Of a DNA stretch of 64,000 nt, positions 24,300-38,399 are shown piece by piece. Origin of the DNA: Raillietiella orientalis. Its lineage: Eukaryota. Both the position numbers and the translations under genes were made by a program. How positions within the stretch are numbered: the first letter of the stretch is position 1; each line of letters starts with the position of its first letter. Below the pieces are notes generated by a model. That model saw only the letters and a program-made list of their open reading frames with translations. It made no database searches and had not been told where the DNA came from. The DNA is taken from positions 496,001 to 560,000 of the forward strand of contig JAYWIR010000004.1 of the NCBI GenBank assembly GCA_036172245.1, written 5' to 3'.

Positions 24300-26300
24300 G
24301 GGCGAGCGGGGGTGGAAGGGTGGCTCTCTCATCTTTCATCCCAACTGGAAAGCCTTCTCTCCAAAATACATGCACACATGAAATAATAGTCCTTCTTGTA
24401 AAATAGGGAGATGAAGGAGGGGATGGAAGGAAACTCACAGGTGTCGCCACCGGAACCATGGCTACAAGGTGTGCCTCCTTACTCGCTGTGGCTTTGTCCT
24501 TGTCGGTTTGCGAGCCAGGAGCGACTGTGCATGCGCGGCTCTTTCCCTAGGAAGTCTTGGTCAGACTGCTGCGGTCTGCAACCTACGAAATGAGCCTCTG
24601 GTCTTCCGTTCGTTCCTTCTTAACTCTCTCCGGCGATCTCGAGACTGATCGCCTGAGAAAGGTCGTCCGCAATTTCCCTCTCCATTTAGCAACGCGTTCC
24701 TGTCGGCATCCACTCCAAGATCTGCCATCGCTGTAGCCATTGCTGGCTCCACTGGTCTCTTGATAGCTTCTCTTTCCTCCTAGGTTCCATGAAGAGCTCT
24801 CCTCGGGAAAGTCTCAGCCGCATGCTTACCGCGCGCTCAGGTGGAACCGCCCTCAGGAGGATGAGCTCTTCTGCGAGCAGTTTCCTCCCCAGAACCTCTA
24901 ATCTTCATTCTCTCTCAGCGAGATGCGAAAGGTTGATCACAATCCCCCAGAACTGTCACAACTTCGGCGCCTTTCATGGACTTCGAGCTCTCCAGGGACT
25001 CCAGAGCTCGCGTCCTTCCTTCAACTCTGAAAAAAGGCGTCCCGGCAGCGTCTTTTCAGGATCCTTTAAGGCAGAGAGGATGGCCACTTCTAACGGTTAC
25101 CATGAGAGGTGAGCATAGAGCACCCAATTCTCATTTCCCTGCTTCATCCCTTCCGGTATCCCTTAGAAGTGACACTGATTCGGAGGGAATCAACTCCCTC
25201 AGCAACTTTTTTTTCGAAAGGGAATCTCACCTCTTGGACGCCTTGAGATCACAGAGCCCTACAGTCAGCCGCACCCCCACCGAGGTCTGGGGAACCTGCA
25301 GCGTCGACTCGTCTCCCCCTTTACGCAGGAAGAAACTCCAGGGACAGTTGAAGGGACTCTCTCTTCCCCCTTCCAGGTTTCCGAGAGTTTTGGCGCTTCC
25401 CTTCTGTTCACAAAAACGTCCTGGGTCCTTCGGCGGTTCTTACCAGATAGAGCCATCTGCAAGGAGGGACTTAGTCGTTTCCGTGCTGCTCGTTCCTCGA
25501 GTCGCCGCTTCCCCATGGGATAGACAGAGTCCTATGGATCCGAGACTTCTCTGAGGAGTCCGTGGATCCTTAGCACCCTCTTCCGCTACTCTTGCAAACC
25601 TCGATCCTGCCTCTCGTGGGCGGCTTCCGCGAGGTCACATGGTCCCGTGACCAGGAATCATTCCCAAGTGTTCCCAAGGCTCACTGACGGACCGGGTCTT
25701 GCGAATCGCTCTTGCAGCCGCAGAAGGGTGAAACGAGAGCTCTTTTCCGCCCCTGGCTCGCTTCTGTAGCTTCCTTCTCCCCTTTCCGAGGCAACGCATT
25801 CTTCCCCCTCTCTTCCTCGTGTCTCCTTCTCCTCTTCTCATCCCTTCCTCTCCTCCCTTTCCCGACGGTAAAACCCGTCGCAAGGTTTTGCCGTCTACGC
25901 TCCTTAAGCGAAGAGAATCAGGGAATGGTGGAGTTGGCAGTTGTCCAGACTCCTTCCGAGGCTCCATGTGGCTACAAACTACAACAGCAGCCAGGAAAAA
26001 GATCGGGCGATGGCGCAAGCAGCTCTGAAACGCCAATTTTTTCTTCTTCGTGATTCTCTTCCTGTACCAAGAGAGATGCACATTTGCCCTCGCAGCACAG
26101 ATGCTGCTGGAGACAGATGAGTTCCAAAAAGGATACGGCTGCTGCAGCAGATTCCGTTCCAGATAAGGGAAGCTGCCGAGGGGCTGCTCAACTCATCAGG
26201 CTAGAAGCAGGAGCAGATAGGGAACGTGCAAATCGGATGACTCGAGGGTGAGGATCCCTCTGCAGAAGAAAGAGGAGAAGGAATCCGCTCTAGGATATGC
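24300..26300 (+). pseudogene. Decayed IR-like gene
   Basis: RGWPLLTVT (~25075), FERESHLLDAL (~25213), PTEVWG (~25276), LLVPR...PW...PMDPRLL (~25486-25551) and SQG...LRI (~25675). Confidence 0.5.
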
Positions 26301-26399
26301 ACTGTGGTCCTGCACAACTCACGAAATGAGGACGCGGCATGATGCAAAGGAAGGAACAGGAGCAAAGATGAATCTAGGAAATTCTGAGTAGGAGAGGGC

Positions 26400-28420
26400 T
26401 GCAGAACATTCACGAGGTCCAGCTTCCAGGACCCGAATAGTCCGCCAGAGTCCTGGTTGCTCCAGCGGCGAATGATGTCTCGGTTGACAATCCACCCACA
26501 ACCTGACTTCCGAGATACTTCCGTTCCGAGCTCCTTCGTCTTGCTCCCTCACGGAGCACCGCTCCAAAGACCGGCACCGTCTGGCGCTTGGACGCCATTA
26601 AGTGACGCATTTTGACCTCCGAAAGCCTCTGTTCGTGATCTGGAAAGCGACAGGACCTCAGACGAATTTCTTTCTTACATACCCTCCTTTTTCTGCTTCC
26701 GCCCCTTTGCTTGGCCCCCTGCCGTTTCTGGAGATTTGCACGCAGCACAGAACAATAGGCGCGCGTGAACGCGGGCCTATGGCGCGAGACAGTCTGAAGC
26801 TGCATCTTCCCTCCCTCCATCGCTGCTGGTTTCTCTCCCAAGTCGCCGATCACGGTTTCGGCTCCTCGCCCCAAGCGCCCTCTCTTTTCCCGAGCATTCG
26901 GTCGTGAATACCAGGTCAGATCAAGTGAGCAGTTGTGTCGATTAGCCCTTCCATCGGGCTCCGCGTCACTACTTCCTCCCGAATTCAAATAAACATCCAC
27001 AGGTGGAGACCCATGACCCCTAGTGGTCCTCTTAGTTCAGGAGGGAAGCTTTGGCATGCAGTTTAACGTCAGTTGCGCGTCCAGTTGGGAAAGGGGGAAG
27101 GAGCCTTTCATCTGACATCTAACATCTTTTTATTGTTGGGAGCGGGGGCGGAACCACCGGATAGTGGTCTGCACTATCTGGGAAACTTGATTGAGATGTG
27201 GGCGACGCCCTCCATCACTTGCCAATCCGGTCCTCAGCCGCCTCCACACCCCCTAAGAGGTTAGAAAGGAAGCTCTTACAAGGTGGTAAGAAAAGGTTGT
27301 AGCCCTCATGGGCTGCAGAATGAAGAGAGTCTCGAGTAGACGATCCTTCTCCAGCTATTCTTGCACCTATCGCCGAGTCTCTGGAAGATCCACTGTCCGT
27401 TTGAGACATAACGGCTCCCATCAATTCCAGAGTTCCATACAAAGCTGCAGTCCCAGAAACCTCTCCAGGGAAAAAGACGATTCTTTGGAAAATCAGCTTT
27501 ACGGAAAAGCCCCAACTTCTTCAGCAGAAGAGGTGTGGGTCAGTTCAAAGTGAAAACTGAGTCCAAAAGCAGAATGCATCTGGGTTTAAGAGTTGAAAAG
27601 TTGTTCATAATCAGTGACTCAGGAAGGGTTTTCCTCTTCCTCTTCTTCCGCTTTCTGATAAACCGCTTCCAGTGTTGAAGCGGATGGTGTAGCTGAGTCT
27701 AGTTCACACCCCCTTGGAGTAGAGAGGTCAGTGCGTCGTCCTACATGGAGGTTGAAGAGAATAGGCGGCTGAGACTTCGAATCTTCTGTGCAAACCCATC
27801 AAAAAAACCATCAAAAACGTGTCCTCTCCAAGGTCGGGAGAGCTTGACCTTCACAGGAGATGAAATCATGGCAACCAGCAAGCCGGCAAGCAGGAAATGG
27901 ATCCATCTCGATAGCTGGAATGCTATGCTGAACACAGAAAGGATGTAAGCCATCGTTCTATTAAACGCCACTTAACGAGCACCCACTCTGCTCTTTATAC
28001 CATACTTGGAGAGAAGTTTTCAGCGTCCATTTCCTTTTCTTGGTGCTTGCACGAGCGTGAAACTCTGCAATTTTGCTTGTAGGACATTCTATGAGATTTA
28101 GGATGATTGTCTATCCTAGAAGGCCGGCAAGCCTCAGAGAAACCAGCGACTTACTCGCTTCTCGATGGAGGTCTTCAAATCAGCTGAATTTCTTCTTCGG
28201 TCGGAAGTCCTTGAGAAAAGTGTTCGTTGGCCTGTCGAACGCCTTGCGCTCACTCGACTTCATGGGGATTTCTCACAGACTTTGATAGGCTGCACACAAC
28301 TGTTTCCTTCTTGTCCTCCCTGACCTCAGATCTACTACTTGTTTTTGGCCCCCCAATTCACGTTCTTCAGACGTTCCTTCTGGGGACTGACCGAAGTTCG
28401 AGCCATCAGCTGTGCCCCTC
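26400..28420 (+). pseudogene. Decayed IR-like gene
   Basis: TYPPF (~26677), QLGKGEGAF (~27082) and FFFGRKS...LSNALRSLDFMGI (S2 end, ~28190-28270), followed by a hydrophobic M4-like stretch. Confidence 0.5.
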
Positions 28421-28699
28421 GTTGGGAGGGTCAAAATGATTCTGCATCTCAGCTGCAGATTTCGGGGCAGTCATTAGGTCCACCGATACTTCACCAAGCC
28501 TTTGCCAAGACACCGTCTCGATTTACATGATGACAGACAGACGTGCAACCAGAAATGAGGAGGTACTATCTACTAAGGAAGGAACACCCCTCTTCCTGAC
28601 TCCATCGAATCTTGCTTCGTTCACGACTGCTGGACTTGCCTGAGATGCATAGGAAAGCTATAATTCTGTGAGATTTGGGGGTCATCTTTGCGTCTTAGA

Positions 28700-30400
28700 T
28701 CATGGGGCATGAACTTTCTTTCAGCGCTTTAAAATTCAAAGTCATCAAGGGCGTGGCAGTCGTCGATCTAAAGGAAGACTGGAGAAGAATTGTCGCGTCA
28801 GAGACCAGAGAGAGTCTTCTGCTTGAAAAGTTAGCTACTGAGCTACTACCCTTTGGTGAGGTCCGAAGACAAGTTCAAGAATGCATCCGGGTGCGAGAAG
28901 CGAGGAGTTCTTCCTTGAATGCTCCGTCTGGTCCACTCAGAAATAAGAGGATTCGGACAATTTTTGCATCCCCTTTTTCATGCATTCTTTCGCTAACTTT
29001 CCTCTTCTTCATCCTGATATCATGGCCTGCACTATCCGTTCTCCTGTTTCTCCAGGATGAGGAAATGGATGACCAGGTATGATGGAAGGAAGTGTGAGGT
29101 TCTAAGAGTGCAACGCTGTTGACTTATTACGTGCAGCCTGGATCATTTCAACACACCGATCATCATGTTCCTCAAGGCTAAGATGAAAATATCGCTGCTA
29201 GTGGGAAGGGATGGAAATAGCGGCCTCTAGAGGAGTGGTCTGTGTCTATAAAGCTAGCTAACCTGATGAAAGAGGGATTCATGAGGAGAGAATTGTAGTC
29301 ACTTTGACCTGCCTTGCCCTTGAAACAAACGTCATCGGCTCACGGTTGTAACCGGAGGAGTTCAGATGGCTCAGATCAACGTTAAGCCAAGCATAGAAAA
29401 TACCTTGGGAAATGACCTCAGCAGACGAAGTTTGCTCATTCTCGTGCGTTTCAGAAAATGGATCAGAGGTTCCATCGAAACCTCGGTTTCGGTTCGGGTC
29501 TCTTCAGCCAGTGATGCCACGGCCTTTATTTCCTACCGAAAATGAGCACACAGAAATGGACTCGCATCCCTGTGACACAGTTGGTTCGTGACGGAAACGC
29601 GGAGACACGCAGGTCATCCACTTGCGGCCCCACATTCGGAGATGGTAGAGGAGAATAAATGAAATAAAATAGATAAATACAAGGGAAGCGTGATTAAGTG
29701 GCTGCAGCTTTGGTAGCCTTCATGAGATGCAGACAACGTCCTTCATCACTTAGTGATCCAGCTGTGAGACCATTTTCTCACTCTACGATTCCGGGATGCG
29801 AGGATCAGAGTGGCTCGCCTCTGGCATTTGTTCCACTCCGCAACCAAGAGTGCTTCCACCGCGTTGCTGCGTGAGCCAACTCAAGACTTTTGCTTAGTGC
29901 AGCTGGCGAGAGACCAAACTTCCAGGCGTCTGGTGCTCGGCGGCAGCTGGTCGACTAGACGGCGAAGACGCTCCCCCCAGCGTTTCCGCGTCCAAGGACT
30001 ACTCCGGCGTGCGGAGTTCTTAGAACTTTCCTCGTAAGCCACTTCAGTGCCCCTACGATGCACACACAGTTCCGCACTCTTCCTTCAGGTGGCAGCACGT
30101 TGCGGTACCTTTCTTGTGCTGGTGAACAATTGGTGTTGCAGAGTTCTTGGATCTTCATCCGGGTGACACGTAGAACAGCACGTAGGCGTCTAGATGGAGC
30201 GCTGCATGATCCACAACCAGGCGCAGGAACTATCCTGAGACCTGGCGAGTTGGAGGGTGACTCCATCCCTGCTCCTCGTAGATGGGTGTTTCGGCGTTCG
30301 TTGTGAGGAGAATTCCAGTGCGAGAAGCGCATCGAAGTGCTGCCACTGAAATAAGTCAAGAAGCAGGATAGGATAAGCGGTTACATTGGGTGATTGAGGG
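28700..30400 (+). pseudogene. Decayed IR-like gene
   Basis: WEGMEI (~29202), GGVQMAQINV (~29355), LWHLF...RLVLGGSW (M2-M3, ~29820-29950) and GGSTLRYL (S2, ~30088). Confidence 0.5.
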
Positions 30401-30439
30401 AGGGAGGGGAGAGGTTGGATAGGAGTAGGCTTATATCTG

Positions 30440-32250
30440 CTTTTGTTGTTGTTGCTGTTGTTCCTCCAGCCTCCAAATTCTTGCAGTGATGGAAGACAAC
30501 GGCTAGAGCTTGTGTCTATTATCCAGGACAGCTCTGCCTTCCGAAAGTGTCCTGTCTCACATCTTTTTCTCTTCCTGTCTTCACCGCACTGCGTCTTCGA
30601 AAGCCAGTTCTCAAGGATGCAATCCCACTGATTCCCGAAGGAGCTGGCAGCACGAGCAATCCAGCCTGCTCTCAGACACCCCCATACTCATTTTCATCCC
30701 ATCTGTCGGAAACCAGTCAAGAGTTCTTCGTGGATTCTTTCTCTTCTTCCTTGTTCTCTTCATGATGCCGCAGCTGGGGACGGTTCCGAGTTCCAGACAG
30801 CGAGCTTGCGGAGCATCTGCAAGCAGACGGAATCCAGAAGCGTTCCTCGCCCTTGTGGATGTCCCTCTGGAAGGAGTGCGCCATCAGGAGCGCCCATTCT
30901 CCCCTCTTGGCCTGTTCCAACCTCAGTTTTCGGAAAATTCCCAGGAACCCGGGGCTCTCTCGCATCACACAGAGCATGCAATGGCTCCGAAGAGTTGCTG
31001 CACCCTGCCATTCACTACTGGAGGCTGCCCTTGAGAGTCGCGCGAGAGCTGCTCTGAGAGAATCGCTCCAGACCGCCGAAGACGGCGAGGCAGCAGAATT
31101 CTACGTGCCAGCGCCTTCCCTGACGCTGTGGAACCGGCTGCAGCCAGCTGTCGCTTCCTAGGGCTCTCTTGAAAAAGAACGCGTGTCTGGCAGCTCTCCT
31201 CAGTTCTGAAAGTGTCTTGCGCCCTGCCGATGCCTTCATAGCGAATGCACCGACTCGGTTCTCGAGAGCATTCTCCTTCCCCTCATTGCTCCCGGGAGAT
31301 GCGTCCTCGACGTAAAAACAAGCAAAAAAAAAAAAGAAAATCAAAATCGTTTTTCTGGGAGTGCGTCTTGAGCGCGATGGATGTGGGGATCATCTTGACA
31401 AATGCAGCTCCCCTCGTCGAGGAAACCGGTTCGGGAATGTTCCGATAATCCCACCTGATCCCCGCTCCTTGCGATCCGAAGAGTAAAGGCTGCAGGGAAT
31501 CCCAGCGGACGGCCGTCCGCCCTGCTGAGAACCTCCGCCACGCTGGAGACCAGCGCGCCGACGTCGGGAGCTGCCCGATGAAGAAAGGCAGGCGTCTCGC
31601 CGGGCTTGGCAATCGATTCTCGCCTGCAGCCCTAAATTGACCTTGACGAATGGCGCCCAAAGCAGCTCATGAAAAGTCATCTTCACGCGACGGTAGGAGA
31701 CGACGCGGAAGCCCGAGAGGCAATGGCTCCCACGGATTCGGGGAGGAGTTCCCTCACCGAAAAGCACCTCGTCGTGACGTGCTTCTTCCATCGCTCCGGT
31801 TTTCTCGGGCGATGCCCAAAGGCCGCGGGGGGTTCAGTGCGACAGACGCCTCCCTCCGCGCTTCCCGATCCACGCCTCCCACGAATGGAAGGCCTCCCGG
31901 CTCACGAACCCCTATCGATCCCCTGATCAGCGGCTCCTGCTTTCTTCTGGGGTCTGTTTTCCTCCCGGTTTCTTCACGGAATGGGATTTCGCGAGACCCA
32001 TCCCTGTCAAGCCGCGCGAACTTTTGTCATCCCGAAGGAAGAAACAAAGCAGGGAATCGCCATCGCAGCTTAAGGCAGCTGTTGTTGCTGAAAAAACAAA
32101 CAACAAAAGAAGGCAAATGAGAGTTTTAGGGACTCTTGTATATCTGGCTTGCTTGCGCGCTCGTGTGTTTATATTTCCAATTCTCCCTTCGTTTTTTTGC
32201 ATGTCCTTCCGTTTCCATAGCTGCGCGCTCTTGCTGCCTTCTTGGCATGA
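30440..32250 (+). pseudogene. Possible decayed IR-like gene
   Basis: Hydrophobic start, LLACSNLSF (~30905), FYVPAPSLTLWNRLQP (~31100) and an M4-like hydrophobic stretch at ~32120-32190. Confidence 0.35.
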
Positions 32251-32799
32251 TGACTCGAAGATTTCGGATGGTCCCCGACGATTCGTCCAGCGAGAGAGGA
32301 AGGGGGGAAGGACGGATTGGAGAGGAGATCCAGTATCTGCTCATTTTCAAGCCTGAGACACAGTGACTGCGTCTATGAATGAGACGCCTCTCTAGCACCC
32401 GAGTGCAATGCACCTGAGCTCTCCCAGCTTCTGCCGTTCCGAAGGAAAGCAAACTGAGCCCAGGAAGACAAATCTTTTTTGTTTACAGGAAGGCTTGGCG
32501 GCTCCGACTGCTCTGCCAGCAGAGGGCTCTCCAGTCTAGCTGGCACTCTGACACATGTGAGAAATACGTGAGGAATTTCCAAAATAGACTCGGACGGAAG
32601 GAGCTCTCAAGTTTATCCATCGATTTCACAGTTTACTCCTCTTTGGAAGGGGAAACGCATGGTTTCCATTGGATACTGCTTACCCCCAAGAAGAAATGTT
32701 TATGGAGGAAAGGTTTCTTAAAAAACCCTTTCTCCATATAAGGTCTCCTCGCAAAGCCACCACTGCAGCTAATGAAAAGCAGTAGAACTGACTTGAATC

Positions 32800-34700
32800 T
32801 ACCTGTGGAGGACTTCTTCCTAGAGGATGTGAAGGTCGAGTATTCCCGAATGAATTCGAAAAGAGTAGAACAGTGGCATTGCTACGCCGTCCAGGATCCT
32901 CACCTGGCATCTCTGAAACGCAAAGGATGCTCCCCCAAACCCTTGTTATCGATACAAGTTAGTACCAAACACATTCTTGACCACAAGCTGTAGCCAACAA
33001 CTTCAGTTCTCATTTCCTCCACACTTCTTTTAATAGAGTAACAGCCGATTTCTGGATCCCTTACAGATCACATTTGTTCTCACCCCGTCGATCTTATGCA
33101 CAGAACCATGTCGGTTCACGTACGTCTCTCTCAAAAGACTGATGGATGATTTAACAAGCTCAGTAACATAAGCATTCTTCTCATACTTCGCACTCCTGGA
33201 ACCTACCCACTGCCCAAATGAGCAGATCGCTTCCTGCTGCCACGAAACCAAAGCGGAAGACAGGTGGCGTGGTCCGTAACCTATCATGAAACGGAATGGA
33301 ATTCACCCCATCATCTGCCACCTCGTCTCCAGAAACTCCCTTCATGAGACCCCACTTCGTGGCGACCGCAGCAGCTCAGGACCGTCAAGACAGAGTGCCC
33401 AAAGGGTGCAGTTCATCCGCAGTAATGCTGAGTTTTCCAAGTGCGCCAGGATCCAAAGGCTTGAGCAGGGAAGCAGCATTTTCGCCTTGCATGAGGATGA
33501 TCTCGCCTTCTGTGCACAGGAGGAGTCGCCGCAACAGACTCATGTGAGAAAATGCGGCGCTCGAGTGCCGGATCTACTCCCCATCACCACGGAAGAGAGA
33601 GTTCTTCCATCTTGCGTTCCTGCCCGGCTTGCGCTCCACATCCATCTTCCATCTGTAACTCGAGATGGGTAGAATACCGAGTTTGCGGACAAACCGGGTA
33701 ACTCGACTCCTGACAGATAAATCAATCCGACACGATCGGCCTCCCCTGCCTCCAGAAATCCGTGAATGTCTGCACTTACCGTTTGGAGAATTCTCCCTGT
33801 AGATCGCTCCGCGAGGAACACCATGAACACATATGAGTCAAGCATGCACTTGTGCGTGCTCGCCTGCGATGGCGCTAATGCGGGAAACGAGGAGAGCACA
33901 CTTCGAGTCCTTCTCAGTTCTCCAGTGACTCCTTTGCCTGCCTTCCTCCTCCTTTCTCTATGGTTCGTCCACCTCCTGAGCAAAGGAGAATCCACGCCGC
34001 AGCAGTGTCCGCTTCCTCGCCATCACTTGGAAGAAGGGGACGTGTGGCATCCTGAATGCCTCCTGGGAAGGCGTCGAATATCTTGCCAAGTAAAAGAAAT
34101 CAAGAGGCTAGTGACATTGCTGTCGGGGAAAGTTGGTCTTTCCAGGCGCTTCCACGTGCTCCTGTTCAGTGGACGGCACTCATGATGCTCCAGCAGCGTC
34201 TCAGTAGAGCGGAGTGGACGACCTTCCCCTTGCTTGCAGTTGCGTGATAAGGTGAACGCACGAGTCCTCCACAGTTCACCGCATCCTTCACGAAGGTAGA
34301 TACCGCGAGAGCCAGCTTCCGGAACGGCGCTTGCATCTTCATTGGCACGCAGGAAAACAAGTTCAGACGCACGGAAAGGCGAGGGTAAACCGAGTCCTTC
34401 AGAAACACCTTGGATCTGGAAGAGTGCTACGAGACTTGCTGTAAGTCACATCTGGTGAGGCACCTGGAAGCCACCGGAGGAAATGAAAAAAAGGGACCGG
34501 AAATTGGGTGCTGCAAAGATGTTTCGCGCGGCCGTTCTTTGCTGGGAGCGAAAGCAAGCTGTCGCGAAAGGAGTCGGGACATGTTGCTCCTCCTCCAAGC
34601 AGGAGGGATCAGACCTCCCTCAAAGTGTATCCCCCAGGCACCTGGAAGACCCGCCCACTCATTCAAGAGAGACTAGTATTCGCCCAGAGTCCAACCAAAT
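32800..34700 (-). pseudogene. Decayed IR-like gene
   Basis: In order: FLAERST and IHGFLEAGEADRVG (S1, ~33760), IILMQG (M2, ~33495), KNAYVTE and ICKGS (S2, ~33170-33055), HPLRFRDAR...STLFEF (M4, ~32930-32850). Boundaries approximate. Confidence 0.65.
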
Positions 34701-34859
34701 CACCATCATCCTCGATTTTTGCCTTCTGACCTGTGCCCTGCAGATAACCTCGAAGGACGTTTCGAGTGAGGTGGCCTTCATGCCATGAGCGCGCAAGCCC
34801 TGGAAAGGATGGAAATTGACACTTTCTGCCACAGCGAGCGCAGGTAGTTAAGAAAGATG

Positions 34860-36300
34860 GCTGTCAAGCCCAGTCGTTACAGAAGCTTGCGAATGAGCTC
34901 CAGGATGACTAGCCAAATCCAGGGACAGGTTCGTTTATGGAAAGAAAGGGTTTCGGTGGAACCATGCAAGCAGTTTCTCCATGAGGCTGGTAAAGGGGAG
35001 GTGCTCTTCCTACCAATAAAGGAGGGCGTTGTTTTTGGGTGCGATGGCAGCGGTGCGAGTAGGCAGAAGCAGCTCTGTACGAAGGAAGATACGAAGGGTT
35101 TCCCATGAGGAAGGAGGGAAAACACCAATTTGAGATTTCTTGAATGTTCCGGAGGAGTTGTCCATCATCTTCGCTCGCCCTCTCGATGGCTAGTGGCCTA
35201 CACCGAGCCGCATTCTCTCCTACATTGTACTCGCTGGTGACTACATGGTCGTGTCCCATTCACGCGGTACGCGTTTGCCCCAGCATCTCTTCATGATGAT
35301 TTTGACCGGGTCGCCTGGAGGTGGCACCTGGAAGTGCATCTGATATCAGAGAGCATTCCGCACAGGTTCGTAGGTGTGCGGAGGATTCGAGTCTTCGGCT
35401 GTGGTCCAGGAAAAGGCAGCCGGGATTTGCAACCACGACCCGTCAGCACCAAGGAAGACAAGGAGGAGAGTGAGGTGATCGTAGGGGAACCTTGGTCGGC
35501 CGACACTGAGAGCTGCCAGGCAGCAGAGGAAAAACGGGAAAGAGGAGCGGAAATCTCAGAATGTCTTTCTCCGTTTCCTTGGCATTTCCCATGGCTATCA
35601 GCCTTTTTCACAGGGATTCCGCTGTGCATCCAGGGTAATCTCCACGAACAGTAGTCATTAATTCTGGAACAGGTGCAGGAAATCAGGACATACCTCATAT
35701 GAATTGCCAAACGATAAGTTTCGAAAAATCGACCTTCCGGAGATAAACGTGGAGCAGCATGCGCACGTCCACAGCAGCAGACTGTTTGCGTTCTGATGTA
35801 ATCTAATGGATGGTGATAAGTTCTTGATAATGGTGATTTCTTCTGTCTTAAGAATGTCTCCTTCCTCCCCCCCCCTCCAAAAAAAAAAAAAAATCGATCT
35901 CTCATCTGGAAGGATCTCTTTATTTAAGGCATGGAGAAAGAAGACGGTTAAATACGTATGTTCATATTATCTTTCCAACGAGAGTAGCCCGAACCCTTAA
36001 AGATAAGACCGTCAGGAAGTAACGTCAGGAGTACAGCAGATCCCCCCGTACTAATTATGGGGGGATCTGCTGATTGGAAATCGACAACTGAAGCTGTTTC
36101 ACCAAGAGGTCGGAACAAATCGAAACACAAATGGCATGGAAATAACCTTCTTTGTGTAAAGCGGCTTTCAAGAGGATCACTAGGACACCACCAGCCAATC
36201 TGTAAGGAATTGTCACAGGCTAGGGAAGCGAACAAAAAATGCTTGCAAATGAATTCGCACAAGCAAATTGATGACATCTGTCATGAGAGGAGATGAGGTC
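34860..36300 (-). pseudogene. Decayed IR-like gene (3' part)
   Basis: AAWQLSVSADQGSP..TSLSSLSSLVL (M2-M3, ~35525-35445), LLPHGKPFVSSF (S2 end, ~35115) and WLVILELI (M4 end, ~34910). Confidence 0.5.
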
Positions 36301-36356
36301 CCATTTACGAGTGTCTCGTTGTGAGCATCCCTCTGTTATCTCGAATGGATGCAAGG

Positions 36357-38320
36357 ATGATGAACCTTTTACTGTCAATAGTGTTGCTTATAGCAACAGC
36401 ACTGTCGCAGAGCTGCAAAATTTTCACGCGCTCAGGTGCTCCGTGGAACGTTTCTACGGACATGGTCGCCTGCACATTTAACAGGAGACCTAGGATGGGG
36501 CAACCCAAAGTGAACTGGAATCTTGCGATGTCTGCAAAGTCCCAGGTCCTTCGGCGAGACGACTTGCACTTCCAATCATTTTCCATTATGGAATCACCAT
36601 TTTGATCACGAATGTGTCTGGATCTGATACCCAGATTCGACCTTTTAGAGCGGTGTGCACAACATTAAGGACATCCGTGATTTGTCTTCATCTGGGGGCG
36701 CAGCTTACGTTTGCTGGAAGGCGAATAGTCACACAGGGCGCACACGCCTCCGGAGAAGCCATTCACGACTATCAACCACACGTTGATGTGTTGGTCCAAC
36801 AGCAGTTTCTTCTTCTCCAATTCAAGTTCTGTCTGATCTGCCTTTACGAAGGCAGAAGTTTTTCCAGCGCAAATGCTTCACCCCTTCAAAGAACGCTGCT
36901 TCTCAATCTGGATTTCCGGCAAAGGTTGTTGCATAAGCAGGCGTAGCGATCTCATAGACAGAAAGCAGGAAAGTTGTTGCAGCTCGGCAGAGCTTGCTTC
37001 TGAACAGAACCACCTAGATACATCGCGCAGAGACTCTCAAAGAGTTGGCCTTTTAACATCCACTGAAATCGAAAGTGCATCTTGCCGACCAAGAACACTT
37101 CTCGTCTACTGCCCCGAAGAAACTGCGCAGAGAATCTTCGAGGTGCTCTATACTTGGTGGGGAGAATGAATCACATTTTCCAGAGGAGCCTTCGATCAGG
37201 ACAGTGGAAGTAGAATCCAGGTATGGGCGCACCGAGTTAGTGAGAAGCAGCAGTCACAGTCCGCATGGCAGAGTGGACTGACGCAGTCGCACGCAAGCTC
37301 GCGCTCATCTGACGGAATTTTACTTATATTGCCACACTCTTGAGGACGGCACGGTCCGGTCTTGCTCTCAAGTGAGCCACACGTGGCCTGAACACACCAA
37401 ATAGGGTTCACACACGGGTAGTTCGCTAATGAACCACAAGAAACGCAAATGGTGTGCTTCGAAACCAATCTCATAGACCGGTAAAGAAGACTAGAACAGG
37501 ACACATAGTGCACAGTATCTAGAACAGCTGTCAACAGTTTGTTTGTATCAATGACCCGCATGCCCCTTGAAGGTATGCATTTCCGGCTCAAGTAGTAAAA
37601 ATTTCTGTGAGTTTGAAATTTGTAATTCTGTTTCAAGTTTCATGGAAGAGTTTTCCTTAGTTGTGAATGCGCTCGAACCCCAACCAGCCGGACGAAATGC
37701 GTTCTTCGAGTCGGCAGCACTGGGCATGCGCTCCAAGCAAAATGGGTGAAAGAGATGTGCAAGGAGGAATTTCTTCAGCTGCATACATAAAGCGGGAAAC
37801 AAAACTGTTGTAGAGAGTAAGGAGGAAGGCTGCAACTCGAAAGGAAACCTCCAAGTTCTTGTGGTGGTAAAATCTTCTCCGTGCTTCCTTGCAGCTGCTG
37901 AGACAGATTCACTCCAAGGCAAATGAATGCCGAGAAGCTTTCCCCATTTGCTGCTGTGAAGCAAACTTCCTTGTTACGAGACGGAATTCAGCTTACGGCG
38001 CTCGTCGAGCAGGTGCATTCCTTCTGTCCACCCCACTTCTCCGTCCCAGCATTTGCGCGGACTTCCCACATCACCTGCGGATTCCAGAAGGAATCAAAAA
38101 GGTCAGCCGATTCACTGGCTACGCACACTGCACGAATTTCATTGTGCTTCCTTGTATGTGCCTTCAAACTTGTAGCTCCCCCAGATGTGAGCTCCTCTCC
38201 CACCCCTGTGTGGTGACACACACCTCTCTACACGACAGAAGTCATAACCGGAAGTTACTGACGACGAATTCTTGCTGTCAACTTTTCCACGTGAGGAGTA
38301 CTGGATTTTTATAGGCGAGT
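36357..38320 (+). pseudogene. Decayed IR-like gene
   Basis: Signal-like MMNLLLSIVLLIATALS (36357), RNFTYI (37313), FANEP...VCF (~37422), VESKEE, GFQKES (~38080) and LTTNSCCQLFHVRSTGFL (M4-like, ~38260). Span is ~2 kb. Confidence 0.6.
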
Positions 38321-38399
38321 CGAACAGTGGGAAGGGATCCACTGCAATTTGGAAGCAGCCTCGCGGGCCACGCAGACACATCCCGCGAGGGAACATGCG

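Noticed and set aside
33440..33520. IFALHEDDLAF as a reverse-transcriptase YADD motif
   Set aside because: No other RT motifs are present, and the opposite strand carries ordered IR motifs.
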